Positions 41,031-62,775 of a stretch of 64,000 nucleotides of DNA are shown one piece after another. How positions within the stretch are numbered: the stretch's first letter is position 1; each line of letters begins with the position of its first letter. The notes beneath the pieces are model-generated. The model was not told where the DNA came from. It did not search any database and was given only the letters and a program-made list of their open reading frames with translations. The position numbers were made by a program, and so were the translations under genes. Origin of the DNA: the human T2T-CHM13v2.0 reference genome, Homo sapiens; NCBI RefSeq assembly GCF_009914755.1, contig NC_060948.1. The stretch is one strand, 5' to 3'.

Positions 41031-43133
41031 AGATCCATATTTTTTAAATGAAAAAAAATTTCAAAGGTACTCTGCTTGGTACAATAATCAAATGTATAAA
41101 CTGAGGAATAAAACATAACCATGAAACCTACTTATAACTGCATATGGAAAATACAGAGGATAATTTTTTAAATAACATATTTTGAAAGCCTTAACTAGTA
41201 ATTTGAAGAGTTGGCATTTGAAAGGCCAGTATGAATATACCTTCAAAGCAGCAACACAGGTTCCCCATGAGAAAAAGCAAACACAGGGAAAATAAAAACA
41301 CAAAGGTTCAATCTCTTCTGACCTTTGAAAGACACAGCACAGACAGTGGTCCTTAGGACGAAGAGCAGGAGACCCCTAATTCCGTCACCATGGCGATAGG
41401 GCATAAACATTGCTGGGTGAGGGCACAATCCACATTGTGAGGTCCAACTGCTGCCAGGAAGACAGGAGTGCTTTTACATAGACCGAAAGGTCATTGAAGG
41501 CTCAGAGTTTTGTTTCAAGAACTGAATCCCAAGCCCACACGTTATTAGGCTGCGCTTCTTAAAACAAGTTATGAGATGGGAAAAAGGGCACCCACAAACA
41601 TACGTATACATTATGTATATAATAATATACAGTATCATATATATAATATATATAACCTATGTATAATATTGTTTTACATCCTGCATCTTATGTTATATAT
41701 ATTGTATAAAATATAATAATTGATAATATATAAGTTTTATAATTATACAATATGAAATATAGTATATATTATAATTTATGACATATATAATATATGTTAT
41801 ATATCATATATAGAATATATTCTACGGTTAATATACGTATTAAATATAAATTATACATTATATATATTATATATAATATATCTGTTATATATAATACCCA
41901 TTATGCAAAATATATATATTATGTCTATGTTATATATAGTATAAAACAACATATAATAATATATAATTGTATATATAAAATGCGACATATAATATATATT
42001 ATATTTTATAACATATGTAATATATATTATATATTATATATAATACGTTGTATGTATAATACCTATATTAAATATATATTATATGACTATGTTATTAATT
42101 ACATGTCACATGTGTTATATATTATATATTTTACATAGAATATACCGGTTACATACAATATATACTATGTTACCTATAATGTATAATTTATTACATGTAA
42201 AATAAAGAATGCAATATATTATGTATAATTTATAATATACAATATGTGGAATGTGATATATATAACATATAATATATGATATATGATATACAGTATATGA
42301 TATATAACATACAATATATGATTCCTAATATATATGGTATACAATATATATTTTATGATATGTATTCTATATGTTTTATATTCTGTCATATATAACTATT
42401 TGAAATTATATATAACTGTATAATATTTTATGTAAATATGTAATATAATATATAACTATATAATATATTATATATAACTATATATTATGTTATATATACT
42501 TTTATAACATAATTTACATAAAATATCATAATATAATATATATTATATTATTTCATATTACATAATATATACTACATATCACCCAATATAACTAACATAC
42601 ATAATATTATAATATAGATTATATTGTGTTATATTAAATATCATATATATCATGTATCATATATTCTATAATATATATTACACATTATATAATATGTATG
42701 TTGTCTATTATGTGATATATATAACTATATATATAATTATATTTTTATACATATAACTAGATAAACATGTAATTCTACATATTTTCATTTATAAAATGCA
42801 GAATTATATAATCATATATAATTATTTATATTCTATAAAAAATTTTATCATTATACAAATTATAATATATAAAAATTATAATATGTACTACAAATATATA
42901 TATTATATATCATATATGATATAGTACCTTTGTTATATATCATAATACATATAAATGTGTATTATGTTATCTATAATTATATAATTTCATATATAAGATG
43001 TATAATATGTATCATATATTATATATGTTATGTAATATATATAGTATATATAAGATGACACAGGATAAATATTATATACTATGACATATTAAATATATGA
43101 GGTTATATGTTACATATAAGGCATAGCACATAA

Positions 43134-43448
<315 letters not shown>

Positions 43449-45551
43449 AGATCCATATTTTTTAAATGAAAAAAAATTTCAAAGGTACTCTGCTTGGTAC
43501 AATAATCAAATGTATAAACTGAGGAATAAAACATAACCATGAAACCTACTTATAACTGCATATGGAAAATACAGAGGATAATTTTTTAAATAACATATTT
43601 TGAAAGCCTTAACTAGTAATTTGAAGAGTTGGCATTTGAAAGGCCAGTATGAATATACCTTCAAAGCAGCAACACAGGTTCCCCATGAGAAAAAGCAAAC
43701 ACAGGGAAAATAAAAACACAAAGGTTCAATCTCTTCTGACCTTTGAAAGACACAGCACAGACAGTGGTCCTTAGGACGAAGAGCAGGAGACCCCTAATTC
43801 CGTCACCATGGCGATAGGGCATAAACATTGCTGGGTGAGGGCACAATCCACATTGTGAGGTCCAACTGCTGCCAGGAAGACAGGAGTGCTTTTACATAGA
43901 CCGAAAGGTCATTGAAGGCTCAGAGTTTTGTTTCAAGAACTGAATCCCAAGCCCACACGTTATTAGGCTGCGCTTCTTAAAACAAGTTATGAGATGGGAA
44001 AAAGGGCACCCACAAACATACGTATACATTATGTATATAATAATATACAGTATCATATATATAATATATATAACCTATGTATAATATTGTTTTACATCCT
44101 GCATCTTATGTTATATATATTGTATAAAATATAATAATTGATAATATATAAGTTTTATAATTATACAATATGAAATATAGTATATATTATAATTTATGAC
44201 ATATATAATATATGTTATATATCATATATAGAATATATTCTACGGTTAATATACGTATTAAATATAAATTATACATTATATATATTATATATAATATATC
44301 TGTTATATATAATACCCATTATGCAAAATATATATATTATGTCTATGTTATATATAGTATAAAACAACATATAATAATATATAATTGTATATATAAAATG
44401 CGACATATAATATATATTATATTTTATAACATATGTAATATATATTATATATTATATATAATACGTTGTATGTATAATACCTATATTAAATATATATTAT
44501 ATGACTATGTTATTAATTACATGTCACATGTGTTATATATTATATATTTTACATAGAATATACCGGTTACATACAATATATACTATGTTACCTATAATGT
44601 ATAATTTATTACATGTAAAATAAAGAATGCAATATATTATGTATAATTTATAATATACAATATGTGGAATGTGATATATATAACATATAATATATGATAT
44701 ATGATATACAGTATATGATATATAACATACAATATATGATTCCTAATATATATGGTATACAATATATATTTTATGATATGTATTCTATATGTTTTATATT
44801 CTGTCATATATAACTATTTGAAATTATATATAACTGTATAATATTTTATGTAAATATGTAATATAATATATAACTATATAATATATTATATATAACTATA
44901 TATTATGTTATATATACTTTTATAACATAATTTACATAAAATATCATAATATAATATATATTATATTATTTCATATTACATAATATATACTACATATCAC
45001 CCAATATAACTAACATACATAATATTATAATATAGATTATATTGTGTTATATTAAATATCATATATATCATGTATCATATATTCTATAATATATATTACA
45101 CATTATATAATATGTATGTTGTCTATTATGTGATATATATAACTATATATATAATTATATTTTTATACATATAACTAGATAAACATGTAATTCTACATAT
45201 TTTCATTTATAAAATGCAGAATTATATAATCATATATAATTATTTATATTCTATAAAAAATTTTATCATTATACAAATTATAATATATAAAAATTATAAT
45301 ATGTACTACAAATATATATATTATATATCATATATGATATAGTACCTTTGTTATATATCATAATACATATAAATGTGTATTATGTTATCTATAATTATAT
45401 AATTTCATATATAAGATGTATAATATGTATCATATATTATATATGTTATGTAATATATATAGTATATATAAGATGACACAGGATAAATATTATATACTAT
45501 GACATATTAAATATATGAGGTTATATGTTACATATAAGGCATAGCACATAA

Positions 45552-45866
<315 letters not shown>

Positions 45867-47969
45867 AGATCCATATTTTTTAAATGAAAAAAAATTTCAA
45901 AGGTACTCTGTTTGGTACAATAATCAAATGTATAAACTGAGGAATAAAACATAACCATGAAACCTACTTATAACTGCATATGGAAAATACAGAGGATAAT
46001 TTTTTAAATAACATATTTTGAAAGCCTTAACTAGTAATTTGAAGAGTTGGCATTTGAAAGGCCAGTATGAATATACCTTCAAAGCAGCAACACAGGTTCC
46101 CCATGAGAAAAAGCAAACACAGGGAAAATAAAAACACAAAGGTTCAATCTCTTCTGACCTTTGAAAGACACAGCACAGACAGTGGTCCTTAGGACGAAGA
46201 GCAGGAGACCCCTAATTCCGTCACCATGGCGATAGGGCATAAACATTGCTGGGTGAGGGCACAATCCACATTGTGAGGTCCAACTGCTGCCAGGAAGACA
46301 GGAGTGCTTTTACATAGACCGAAAGGTCATTGAAGGCTCAGAGTTTTGTTTCAAGAACTGAATCCCAAGCCCACACGTTATTAGGCTGCGCTTCTTAAAA
46401 CAAGTTATGAGATGGGAAAAAGGGCACCCACAAACATACGTATACATTATGTATATAATAATATACAGTATCATATATATAATATATATAACCTATGTAT
46501 AATATTGTTTTACATCCTGCATCTTATGTTATATATATTGTATAAAATATAATAATTGATAATATATAAGTTTTATAATTATACAATATGACATATAGTA
46601 TATATTATAATTTATGACATATATAATATATGTTATATATCATATATAGAATATATTATACGGTTAATATACGTATTAAATATAAATTATACATTATATA
46701 TATTATATATAATATATCTGTTATATATAATACCCATTATGCATAATATATATATTATGTCTATGTTATATATAGTATAAAACAACATATAATAATATAT
46801 AATTGTATATATAAAATGCGACATATAATATATATTATATTTTATAACATATGTAATATATATTATATATTATATATAATACGTTGTATGTATAATACCT
46901 ATATTAAATATATATTATATGACTATGTTATTAATTACGTGTCACATGTGTTATATATTATATATTTTACATAGAATATACCGGTTACATACAATATATA
47001 CTATGTTACCTATAATGTATAATTTATTACATGTAAAATAAAGAATGCAATATATTATGTATAATTTATAATATACAATATGTGGAATGTGATATATGTA
47101 ACATATAATATATGATATATGATATACAGTATATGATATATAACATACAATATATGATTCCTAATATATATGGTATACAATATATATTTTATGATATGTA
47201 TTCTATATGTTTTATATTCTGTCATATATAACTATTTGAAATTATATATAACTGTATAATATTTTATGTAAATATGTAATATAATATATAACTATATAAT
47301 ATATTATATATAACTATATATTATGTTATATATACTTTTATAACATAATTTACATAAAATATCATAATATAATATATATTATATTATTTCATATTACATA
47401 ATATATACTACATATCACCCAATATAACTAACATACATAATATTATAATATAGATTATATTGTGTTATATTAAATATCATATATATCATGTATCATATAT
47501 TCTATAATATATATTACACATTATATAATATGTATGTTGTCTATTATGTGATATATATAACTATATATATAATTATATTTTTATACATATAACTAGATAA
47601 ACATGTAATTCTACATATTTTCATTTATAAAATGCAGAATTATATAATCATATATAATTATTTATATTCTATAAAAAATTTTATCATTATACAAATTATA
47701 ATATATAAAAATTATAATATGTACTACAAATATATATATTATATATCATATATGATATAGTACCTTTGTTATATATCATAATACATATAAATGTGTATTA
47801 TGTTATCTATAATTATATAATTTCATATATAAGATGTATAATATGTATCATATATTATATATGTTATGTAATATATATAGTATATATAAGATGACACAGG
47901 ATAAATATTATATACTATGACATATTAAATATATGAGGTTATATGTTACATATAAGGCATAGCACATAA

Positions 47970-48284
<315 letters not shown>

Positions 48285-50389
48285 AGATCCATATTTTTTA
48301 AATGAAAAAAAATTTCAAAGGTACTCTGTTTGGTACAATAATCAAATGTATAAACTGAGGAATAAAACATAACCATGAAACCTACTTATAACTGCATATG
48401 GAAAATACAGAGGATAATTTTTTAAATAACATATTTTGAAAGCCTTAACTAGTAATTTGAAGAGTTGGCATTTGAAAGGCCAGTATGAATATACCTTCAA
48501 AGCAGCAACACAGGTTCCCCATGAGAAAAAGCAAACACAGGGAAAATAAAAACACAAAGGTTCAATCTCTTCTGACCTTTGAAAGACACAGCACAGACAG
48601 TGGTCCTTAGGACGAAGAGCAGGAGACCCCTAATTCCGTCACCATGGCGATAGGGCATAAACATTGCTGGGTGAGGGCACAATCCACATTGTGAGGTCCA
48701 ACTGCTGCCAGGAAGACAGGAGTGCTTTTACATAGACCGAAAGGTCATTGAAGGCTCAGAGTTTTGTTTCAAGAACTGAATCCCAAGCCCACACGTTATT
48801 AGGCTGCGCTTCTTAAAACAAGTTATGAGATGGGAAAAAGGGCACCCACAAACATACGTATACATTATGTATATAATAATATACAGTATCATATATATAA
48901 TATATATAACCTATGTATAATATTGTTTTACATCCTGCATCTTATGTTATATATATTGTATAAAATATAATAATTGATAATATATAAGTTTTATAATTAT
49001 ACAATATGACATATAGTATATATTATAATTTATGACATATATAATATATGTTATATATCATATATAGAATATATTATACGGTTAATATACGTATTAAATA
49101 TAAATTATACATTATATATATTATATATAATATATCTGTTATATATAATACCCATTATGCATAATATATATATTATGTCTATGTTATATATAGTATAAAA
49201 CAACATATAATAATATATAATTGTATATATAAAATGCGACATATAATATATATTATATTTTATAACATATGTAATATATATTATATATTATATATAATAC
49301 GTTGTATGTATAATACCTATATTAAATATATATTATATGACTATGTTATTAATTACGTGTCACATGTGTTATATATTATATATTTTACATAGAATATACC
49401 GGTTACATACAATATATACTATGTTACCTATAATGTATAATTTATTACATGTAAAATAAAGAATGCAATATATTATGTATAATTTATAATATACAATATG
49501 TGGAATGTGATATATGTAACATATAATATATGATATATGATATACAGTATATGATATATAACATACAATATATGATTCCTAATATATATGGTATACAATA
49601 TATATTTTATGATATGTATTCTATATGTTTTATATTCTGTCATATATAACTATTTGAAATTATATATAACTGTATAATATTTTATGTAAATATGTAATAT
49701 AATATATATAACTATATAATATATTATATATAACTATATATTATGTTATATATACTTTTATAACATTATTTACATAAAATATCATAATATAATATATATT
49801 ATATTATTTCATATTACATATTATATATTTCATATCACCCAATATAACTAACATACATAATATTATAATATAGATTATATTATGTTATATTAAATATCAT
49901 ATATATCATGTATCATATATTCTATAATATATATTACACATTATATAATATGTATGTTGTCTATTATGTGATATATATAACTATATATATAATTATATTT
50001 TTATACATATAACTAGATAAACATGTAATTCTACATATTTTCATTTATAATATGTAGAATTATATAATCATATATAATCATTTATATTCTATAAAAAATT
50101 TTATCATTATATAAATTATAATATATAAAAATTATAATATGTACTACAAATATATATATTATATATCATATATGATATAGTACCTTTGTTATATATCATA
50201 ATACATATAAATGTGTATTATGTTATCTATAATTATATAATTTCATATATAAGATGTATAATATGTATCATATATTATATATGTTATGTAATATATATAG
50301 TATATATAAGATGACACAGGATAAATATTATATACTATGACATATAAAATATATGAGGTTATATGTTACATATAAGGCATAGCACATAA

Positions 50390-50704
<315 letters not shown>

Positions 50705-52807
50705 AGATCCATATTTTTTAAATGAAAAAAAATTTCAAAGGTACTCTGCTTGGTACAATAATCAAATGTATAAACTGAGGAATAAAACATAACCATGAAA
50801 CCTACTTATAACTGCATATGGAAAATACAGAGGATAATTTTTTAAATAACATATTTTGAAAGCCTTAACTAGTAATTTGAAGAGTTGGCATTTGAAAGGC
50901 CAGTATGAATATACCTTCAAAGCAGCAACACAGGTTCCCCATGAGAAAAAGCAAACACAGGGAAAATAAAAACACAAAGGTTCAATCTCTTCTGACCTTT
51001 GAAAGACACAGCACAGACAGTGGTCCTTAGGACGAAGAGCAGGAGACCCCTAATTCCGTCACCATGGCGATAGGGCATAAACATTGCTGGGTGAGGGCAC
51101 AATCCACATTGTGAGGTCCAACTGCTGCCAGGAAGACAGGAGTGCTTTTACATAGACCGAAAGGTCATTGAAGGCTCAGAGTTTTGTTTCAAGAACTGAA
51201 TCCCAAGCCCACACGTTATTAGGCTGCGCTTCTTAAAACAAGTTATGAGATGGGAAAAAGGGCACCCACAAACATACGTATACATTATGTATATAATAAT
51301 ATACAGTATCATATATATAATATATATAACCTATGTATAATATTGTTTTACATCCTGCATCTTATGTTATATATATTGTATAAAATATAATAATTGATAA
51401 TATATAAGTTTTATAATTATACAATATGAAATATAGTATATATTATAATTTATGACATATATAATATATGTTATATATCATATATAGAATATATTATACG
51501 GTTAATATACGTATTAAATATAAATTATACATTATATATATTATATATAATATATCTGTTATATATAATACCCATTATGCAAAATATATATATTATGTCT
51601 ATGTTATATATAGTATAAAACAACATATAATAATATATAATTGTATATATAAAATGCGACATATAATATATATTATATTTTATAACATATGTAATATATA
51701 TTATATATTATATATAATACGTTGTATGTATAATACCTATATTAAATATATATTATATGACTATGTTATTAATTACATGTCACATGTGTTATATATTATA
51801 TATTTTACATAGAATATACCGGTTACATACAATATATACTATGTTACCTATAATGTATAATTTATTACATGTAAAATAAAGAATGCAATATATTATGTAT
51901 AATTTATAATATACAATATGTGGAATGTGATATATATAACATATAATATATGATATATGATATACAGTATATGATATATAACATACAATATATGATTCCT
52001 AATATATATGGTATACAATATATATTTTATGATATGTATTCTATATGTTTTATATTCTGTCATATATAACTATTTGAAATTATATATAACTGTATAATAT
52101 TTTATGTAAATATGTAATATAATATATAACTATATAATATATTATATATAACTATATATTATGTTATATATACTTTTATAACATAATTTACATAAAATAT
52201 CATAATATAATATATATTATATTATTTCATATTACATAATATATACTACATATCACCCAATATAACTAACATACATAATATTATAATATAGATTATATTG
52301 TGTTATATTAAATATCATATATATCATGTATCATATATTCTATAATATATATTACACATTATATAATATGTATGTTGTCTATTATGTGATATATATAACT
52401 ATATATATAATTATATTTTTATACATATAACTAGATAAACATGTAATTCTACATATTTTCATTTATAAAATGCAGAATTATATAATCATATATAATTATT
52501 TATATTCTATAAAAAATTTTATCATTATACAAATTATAATATATAAAAATTATAATATGTACTACAAATATATATATTATATATCATATATGATATAGTA
52601 CCTTTGTTATATATCATAATACATATAAATGTGTATTATGTTATCTATAATTATATAATTTCATATATAAGATGTATAATATGTATCATATATTATATAT
52701 GTTATGTAATATATATAGTATATATAAGATGACACAGGATAAATATTATATACTATGACATATTAAATATATGAGGTTATATGTTACATATAAGGCATAG
52801 CACATAA

Positions 52808-53122
<315 letters not shown>

Positions 53123-55225
53123 AGATCCATATTTTTTAAATGAAAAAAAATTTCAAAGGTACTCTGCTTGGTACAATAATCAAATGTATAAACTGAGGAA
53201 TAAAACATAACCATGAAACCTACTTATAACTGCATATGGAAAATACAGAGGATAATTTTTTAAATAACATATTTTGAAAGCCTTAACTAGTAATTTGAAG
53301 AGTTGGCATTTGAAAGGCCAGTATGAATATACCTTCAAAGCAGCAACACAGGTTCCCCATGAGAAAAAGCAAACACAGGGAAAATAAAAACACAAAGGTT
53401 CAATCTCTTCTGACCTTTGAAAGACACAGCACAGACAGTGGTCCTTAGGACGAAGAGCAGGAGACCCCTAATTCCGTCACCATGGCGATAGGGCATAAAC
53501 ATTGCTGGGTGAGGGCACAATCCACATTGTGAGGTCCAACTGCTGCCAGGAAGACAGGAGTGCTTTTACATAGACCGAAAGGTCATTGAAGGCTCAGAGT
53601 TTTGTTTCAAGAACTGAATCCCAAGCCCACACGTTATTAGGCTGCGCTTCTTAAAACAAGTTATGAGATGGGAAAAAGGGCACCCACAAACATACGTATA
53701 CATTATGTATATAATAATATACAGTATCATATATATAATATATATAACCTATGTATAATATTGTTTTACATCCTGCATCTTATGTTATATATATTGTATA
53801 AAATATAATAATTGATAATATATAAGTTTTATAATTATACAATATGAAATATAGTATATATTATAATTTATGACATATATAATATATGTTATATATCATA
53901 TATAGAATATATTATACGGTTAATATACGTATTAAATATAAATTATACATTATATATATTATATATAATATATCTGTTATATATAATACCCATTATGCAA
54001 AATATATATATTATGTCTATGTTATATATAGTATAAAACAACATATAATAATATATAATTGTATATATAAAATGCGACATATAATATATATTATATTTTA
54101 TAACATATGTAATATATATTATATATTATATATAATACGTTGTATGTATAATACCTATATTAAATATATATTATATGACTATGTTATTAATTACATGTCA
54201 CATGTGTTATATATTATATATTTTACATAGAATATACCGGTTACATACAATATATACTATGTTACCTATAATGTATAATTTATTACATGTAAAATAAAGA
54301 ATGCAATATATTATGTAAAATTTATAATATACAATATGTGGAATGTGATATATATAACATATAATATATGATATATGATATACAGTATATGATATATAAC
54401 ATACAATATATGATTCCTAATATATATGGTATACAATATATATTTTATGATATGTATTCTATATGTTTTATATTCTGTCATATATAACTATTTGAAATTA
54501 TATATAACTGTATAATATTTTATGTAAATATGTAATATAATATATAACTATATAATATATTATATATAACTATATATTATGTTATATATACTTTTATAAC
54601 ATAATTTACATAAAATATCATAATATAATATATATTATATTATTTCATATTACATAATATATACTACATATCACCCAATATAACTAACATACATAATATT
54701 ATAATATAGATTATATTGTGTTATATTAAATATCATATATATCATGTATCATATATTCTATAATATATATTACACATTATATAATATGTATGTTGTCTAT
54801 TATGTGATATATATAACTATATATATAATTATATTTTTATACATATAACTAGATAAACATGTAATTCTACATATTTTCATTTATAAAATGCAGAATTATA
54901 TAATCATATATAATTATTTATATTCTATAAAAAATTTTATCATTATACAAATTATAATATATAAAAATTATAATATGTACTACAAATATATATATTATAT
55001 ATCATATATGATATAGTACCTTTGTTATATATCATAATACATATAAATGTGTATTATGTTATCTATAATTATATAATTTCATATATAAGATGTATAATAT
55101 GTATCATATATTATATATGTTATGTAATATATATAGTATATATAAGATGACACAGGATAAATATTATATACTATGACATATTAAATATATGAGGTTATAT
55201 GTTACATATAAGGCATAGCACATAA

Positions 55226-55540
<315 letters not shown>

Positions 55541-57638
55541 AGATCCATATTTTTTAAATGAAAAAAAATTTCAAAGGTACTCTGCTTGGTACAATAATCA
55601 AATGTATAAACTGAGGAATAAAACATAACCATGAAACCTACTTATAACTGCATATGGAAAATACAGAGGATAATTTTTTAAATAACATATTTTGAAAGCC
55701 TTAACTAGTAATTTGAAGAGTTGGCATTTGAAAGGCCAGTATGAATATACCTTCAAAGCAGCAACACAGGTTCCCCATGAGAAAAAGCAAACACAGGGAA
55801 AATAAAAACACAAAGGTTCAATCTCTTCTGACCTTTGAAAGACACAGCACAGACAGTGGTCCTTAGGACGAAGAGCAGGAGACCCCTAATTCCGTCACCA
55901 TGGCGATAGGGCATAAACATTGCTGGGTGAGGGCACAATCCACATTGTGAGGTCCAACTGCTGCCAGGAAGACAGGAGTGCTTTTACATAGACCGAAAGG
56001 TCATTGAAGGCTCAGAGTTTTGTTTCAAGAACTGAATCCCAAGCCCACACGTTATTAGGCTGCGCTTCTTAAAACAAGTTATGAGATGGGAAAAAGGGCA
56101 CCCACAAACATACGTATACATTATGTATATAATAATATACAGTATCATATATATAATATATATAACCTATGTATAATATTGTTTTACATCCTGCATCTTA
56201 TGTTATATATATTGTATAAAATATAATAATTGATAATATATAAGTTTTATAATTATACAATATGACATATAGTATATATTATAATTTATGACATATATAA
56301 TATATGTTATATATCATATATAGAATATATTATACGGTTAATATACGTATTAAATATAAATTATACATTATATATATTATATATAATATATCTGTTATAT
56401 ATAATACCCATTATGCATAATATATATATTATGTCTATGTTATATATAGTATAAAACAACATATAATAATATATAATTGTATATATAAAATGCGACATAT
56501 AATATATATTATATTTTATAACATATGTAATATATATTATATATAATACGTTGTATGTATAATACCTATATTAAATATATATTATATGACTATGTTATTA
56601 ATTACATGTCACATGTGTTATATATTATATATTTTACATAGAATATACCGGTTACATACAATATATACTATGTTACCTATAATGTATAATTTATTACATG
56701 TAAAATAAAGAATGCAATATATTATGTAAAATTTATAATATACAATATGTGGAATGTGATATATATAACATATAATATATGATATATGATATACAGTATA
56801 TGATATATAACATACAATATATGATTCCTAATATATATCGTATACAATATATATTTTATGATATGTATTCTATATGTTTTATATTCTGTTATATTTAACT
56901 ATTTGAAATTATACATAACTGTATAATATTTTATGTAAATATGTAATATAATATATATAACTATATAATATATTATATATAACTATATATTATGTTATAT
57001 ATACTTTTATAACATAATTTACATAAAATATCATAATATAATATATATTATATTATTTCATATTACATAATATATATTACATATCACCCAATATAACTAA
57101 CATACATAATATTATAATATAGATTATATTGTGTTATATTAAATATCATATATATCATGTATCATATATTCTATAATATATATTACACATTATATAATAT
57201 GTATGTTGTCTATTATGTGATATATATAACTATATATATAATTATATTTTTATACATATAACTAGATAAACATGTAATTCTACATATTTTCATTTATAAT
57301 ATGTAGAATTATATAATCATATATAATTATTTATATTCTATAAAAAATTTTATCATTATATAAATTATAATATATAAAAATTATAATATGTACTACAAAT
57401 ATATATATTATATATCATATATGATATAGTACCTTTGTTATATATCATAATACATATAAATGTGTATTATGTTATCTATAATTATATAATTTCATATATA
57501 AGATGTATAATATGTATCATATATTATATATGTTATGTAATATATATAGTATATATAAGATGACACAGGATAAATATTATATACTATGACATATTAAATA
57601 TATGAGGTTATATGTTACATATAAGGCATAGCACGTAA

Positions 57639-57953
<315 letters not shown>

Positions 57954-60049
57954 AGATCCATATTTTTTAAATGAAAAAAAATTTCAAAGGTACTCTGCTT
58001 GGTACAATAATCAAATGTATAAACTGAGTAATAAAACATAACCATGAAACCTACTTATAACTGCATATGGAAAATACAGAGGATAATTTTTTAAATAACA
58101 TATTTTGAAAGCCTTAACTAGTAATTTGAAGAGTTGGCATTTGAAAGGCCAGTATGAATATACCTTCAAAGCAGCAACACAGGTTCCCCATGAGAAAAAG
58201 CAAACACAGGGAAAATAAAAACACAAAGGTTCAATCTCTTCTGACCTTTGAAAGACACAGCACAGACAGTGGTCCTTAGGACGAAGAGCAGGAGACCCCT
58301 AATTCCGTCACCATGGCGATAGGGCATAAACATTGCTGGGTGAGGGCACAATCCACATTGTGAGGTCCAACTGCTGCCAGGAAGACAGGAGTGCTTTTAC
58401 ATAGACCGAAAGGTCATTGAAGGCTCAGAGTTTTGTTTCAAGAACTGAATCCCAAGCCCACACGTTATTAGGCTGCGCTTCTTAAAACAAGTTATGAGAT
58501 GGGAAAAAGGGCACCCACAAACATACGTATACATTATGTATATAATAATATACAGTATCATATATATAATATATATAACCTATGTATAATATTGTTTTAC
58601 ATCCTGCATCTTATGTTATATATATTGTATAAAATATAATAATTGATAATATATAAGTTTTATAATTATACAATATGACATATAGTATATATTATAATTT
58701 ATGACATATATAATATATGTTATATATCATATATAGAATATATTATACGGTTAATATACGTATTAAATATAAATTATACATTATATATTATATATAATAT
58801 ATCTGTTATATATAATACCCATTATGCATAATATATATATTATGTCTATGTTATATATAGTATAAAACAACATATAATAATATATAATTGTATATATAAA
58901 ATGCGACATATAATATATATTATATTTTATAACATATGTAATATATGTTATATATAATACGTTGTATGTATAATACCTATATTAAATATATATTATATGA
59001 CTATGTTATTAATTACATGTCACATGTGTTATATATTATATATTTTACATAGAATATACCGGTTACATACAATATATACTATGTTACCTATAATGTATAA
59101 TTTATTACAAGTAAAATAAAGAATGCAATATATTATGTATAATTTATAATATACCATATGTGGAATGTGATATATATAACATATAATATATGATATATGA
59201 TATACAGTATATGATATATAACATACAATATGTGATTCCTAATATATATGGTATACAATATATATTTTATGATATGTATTCTATATGTTTTATATTCTGT
59301 TATATATAACTATTTGAAATTATATATAACTGTATAATATTTTACGTAAATATGTAATATAATATATATAACTATATAATATATTATATATAACTATATA
59401 TTATGTTATATATACTTTTATAACATAATTTACATAAAATATCATAATATAATATATATTATATTATTTCATATTACATAATATATATTACATATCACCC
59501 AATATAACTAACATACATAATATTATAATATAGATTATATTGTGTTATATTAAATATCATATATATCATGTATCATATATTCTATAATATATATTACACA
59601 TTATATAATATGTATGTTGTCTATTATGTGATATATATAACTATATATATAATTATATTTTTATACATATAACTAGATAAACATGTAATTCTACATATTT
59701 TCATTTATAATATGTAGAATTATATAATCATATATAATTATTTATATTCTATAAAAAATTTTATCATTATATAAATTATAATATATAAAAATTATAATAT
59801 GTACTACAAATATATATATTATATATCATATATGATATAGTACCTTTGTTATATATCATAATACATATAAATGTGTATTATGTTATCTATAATTATATAA
59901 TTTCATATATAAGATGTATAATATGTATCATACATTATATATGTTATGTAATATATATAGTATATATCAGATGACACAGGATAAATATTATATACTATGA
60001 CATATAAAATATATGAGGTTATATGTTACATATAAGGCATAGCACATAA

Positions 60050-60364
<315 letters not shown>

Positions 60365-62460
60365 AGATCCATATTTTTTAAATGAAAAAAAATTTCAAAG
60401 GTACTCTGCTTGGTACAATAATCAAATGTATAAACTGAGGAATAAAACATAACCATGAAACCTACTTATAACTGCATATGGAAAATACAGAGGATAATTT
60501 TTTAAATAACATATTTTGAAAGCCTTAACTAGTAATTTGAAGAGTTGGCATTTGAAAGGCCAGTATGAATATACCTTCAAAGCAGCAACACAGGTTCCCC
60601 ATGAGAAAAAGCAAACACAGGGAAAATAAAAACACAAAGGTTCAATCTCTTCTGACCTTTGAAAGACACAGCACAGACAGTGGTCCTTAGGACGAAGAGC
60701 AGGAGACCCCTAATTCCGTCACCATGGCGATAGGGCATAAACATTGCTGGGTGAGGGCACAATCCACATTGTGAGGTCCAACTGCTGCCAGGAAGACAGG
60801 AGTGCTTTTACATAGACCGAAAGGTCATTGAAGGCTCAGAGTTTTGTTTCAAGAACTGAATCCCAAGCCCACACGTTATTAGGCTGCGCTTCTTAAAACA
60901 AGTTATGAGATGGGAAAAAGGGCACCCACAAACATACGTATACATTATGTATATAATAATATACAGTATCATATATATAATATATATAACCTATGTATAA
61001 TATTGTTTTACATCCTGCATCTTATGTTATATATATTGTATAAAATATAATAATTGATAATATATAAGTTTTATAATTATACAATATGACATATAGTATA
61101 TATTATAATTTATGACATATATAATATATGTTATATATCATATATAGAATATATTATACGGTTAATATACGTATTAAATATAAATTATACATTATATATA
61201 TTATATATAATATATCTGTTATATATAATACCCATTATGCATAATATATATATTATGTCTATGTTATATATAGTATAAAACAACATATAATAATATATAA
61301 TTGTATATATAAAATGCGACATATAATATATATTATATTTTATAACATATGTAATATATATTATATATAATACGTTGTATGTATAATACCTATATTAAAT
61401 ATATATTATATGACTATGTTATTAATTACATGTCACATGTGTTATATATTATATATTTTACATAGAATATACCGGTTACATACAATATATACTATGTTAC
61501 CTATAATGTATAATTTATTACATGTAAAATAAAGAATGCAATATATTATGTAAAATTTATAATATACAATATGTGGAATGTGATATATATAACATATAAT
61601 ATATGATATATGATATACAGTATATGATATATAACATACAATATATGATTCCTAATATATATGGTATACAATATATATTTTATGATATGTATTCTATATG
61701 TTTTATATTCTGTTATATATAACTATTTGAAATTATATATAACTGTATAATATTTTATGTAAATATGTAATATAATATATAACTATATAATATATTATAT
61801 ATAACTATATATTATGTTATATATACTTTTATAACATAATTTACATAAAATATCATAATATAATATATATTATATTATTTCATATTACATAATATATACT
61901 ACATATCACCCAATATAACTAACATACATAATATTATAATATAGATTATATTGTGTTATATTAAATATCATATATATCATGTATCATATATTCTATAATA
62001 TATATTACACATTATATAGTATGTATGTTGTCTATTATGTGATATATATAACTATATATATAATTATATTTTTATACATATAACTAGATAAACATGTAAT
62101 TCTACATATTTTCATTTATAAAATGTAGAATTATATAATCATATATAATTATTTATATTCTATAAAAAATTTTATCATTATACAAATTATAATATATAAA
62201 AATTATAATATGTACTACAAATATATATATTATATATCATATATGATATAGTACCTTTGTTATATATCATAATACATATAAATGTGTATTATGTTATCTA
62301 TAATTATATAATTTCATATATAAGATGTATAATATGTATCATATATTATATATGTTATGTAATATATATAGTATATATAAGATGACACAGGATAAATATT
62401 ATATACTATGACATATAAAATATATGAGGTTATATGTTATATATAAGGCATAGCACATAA

Positions 62461-62775
<315 letters not shown>
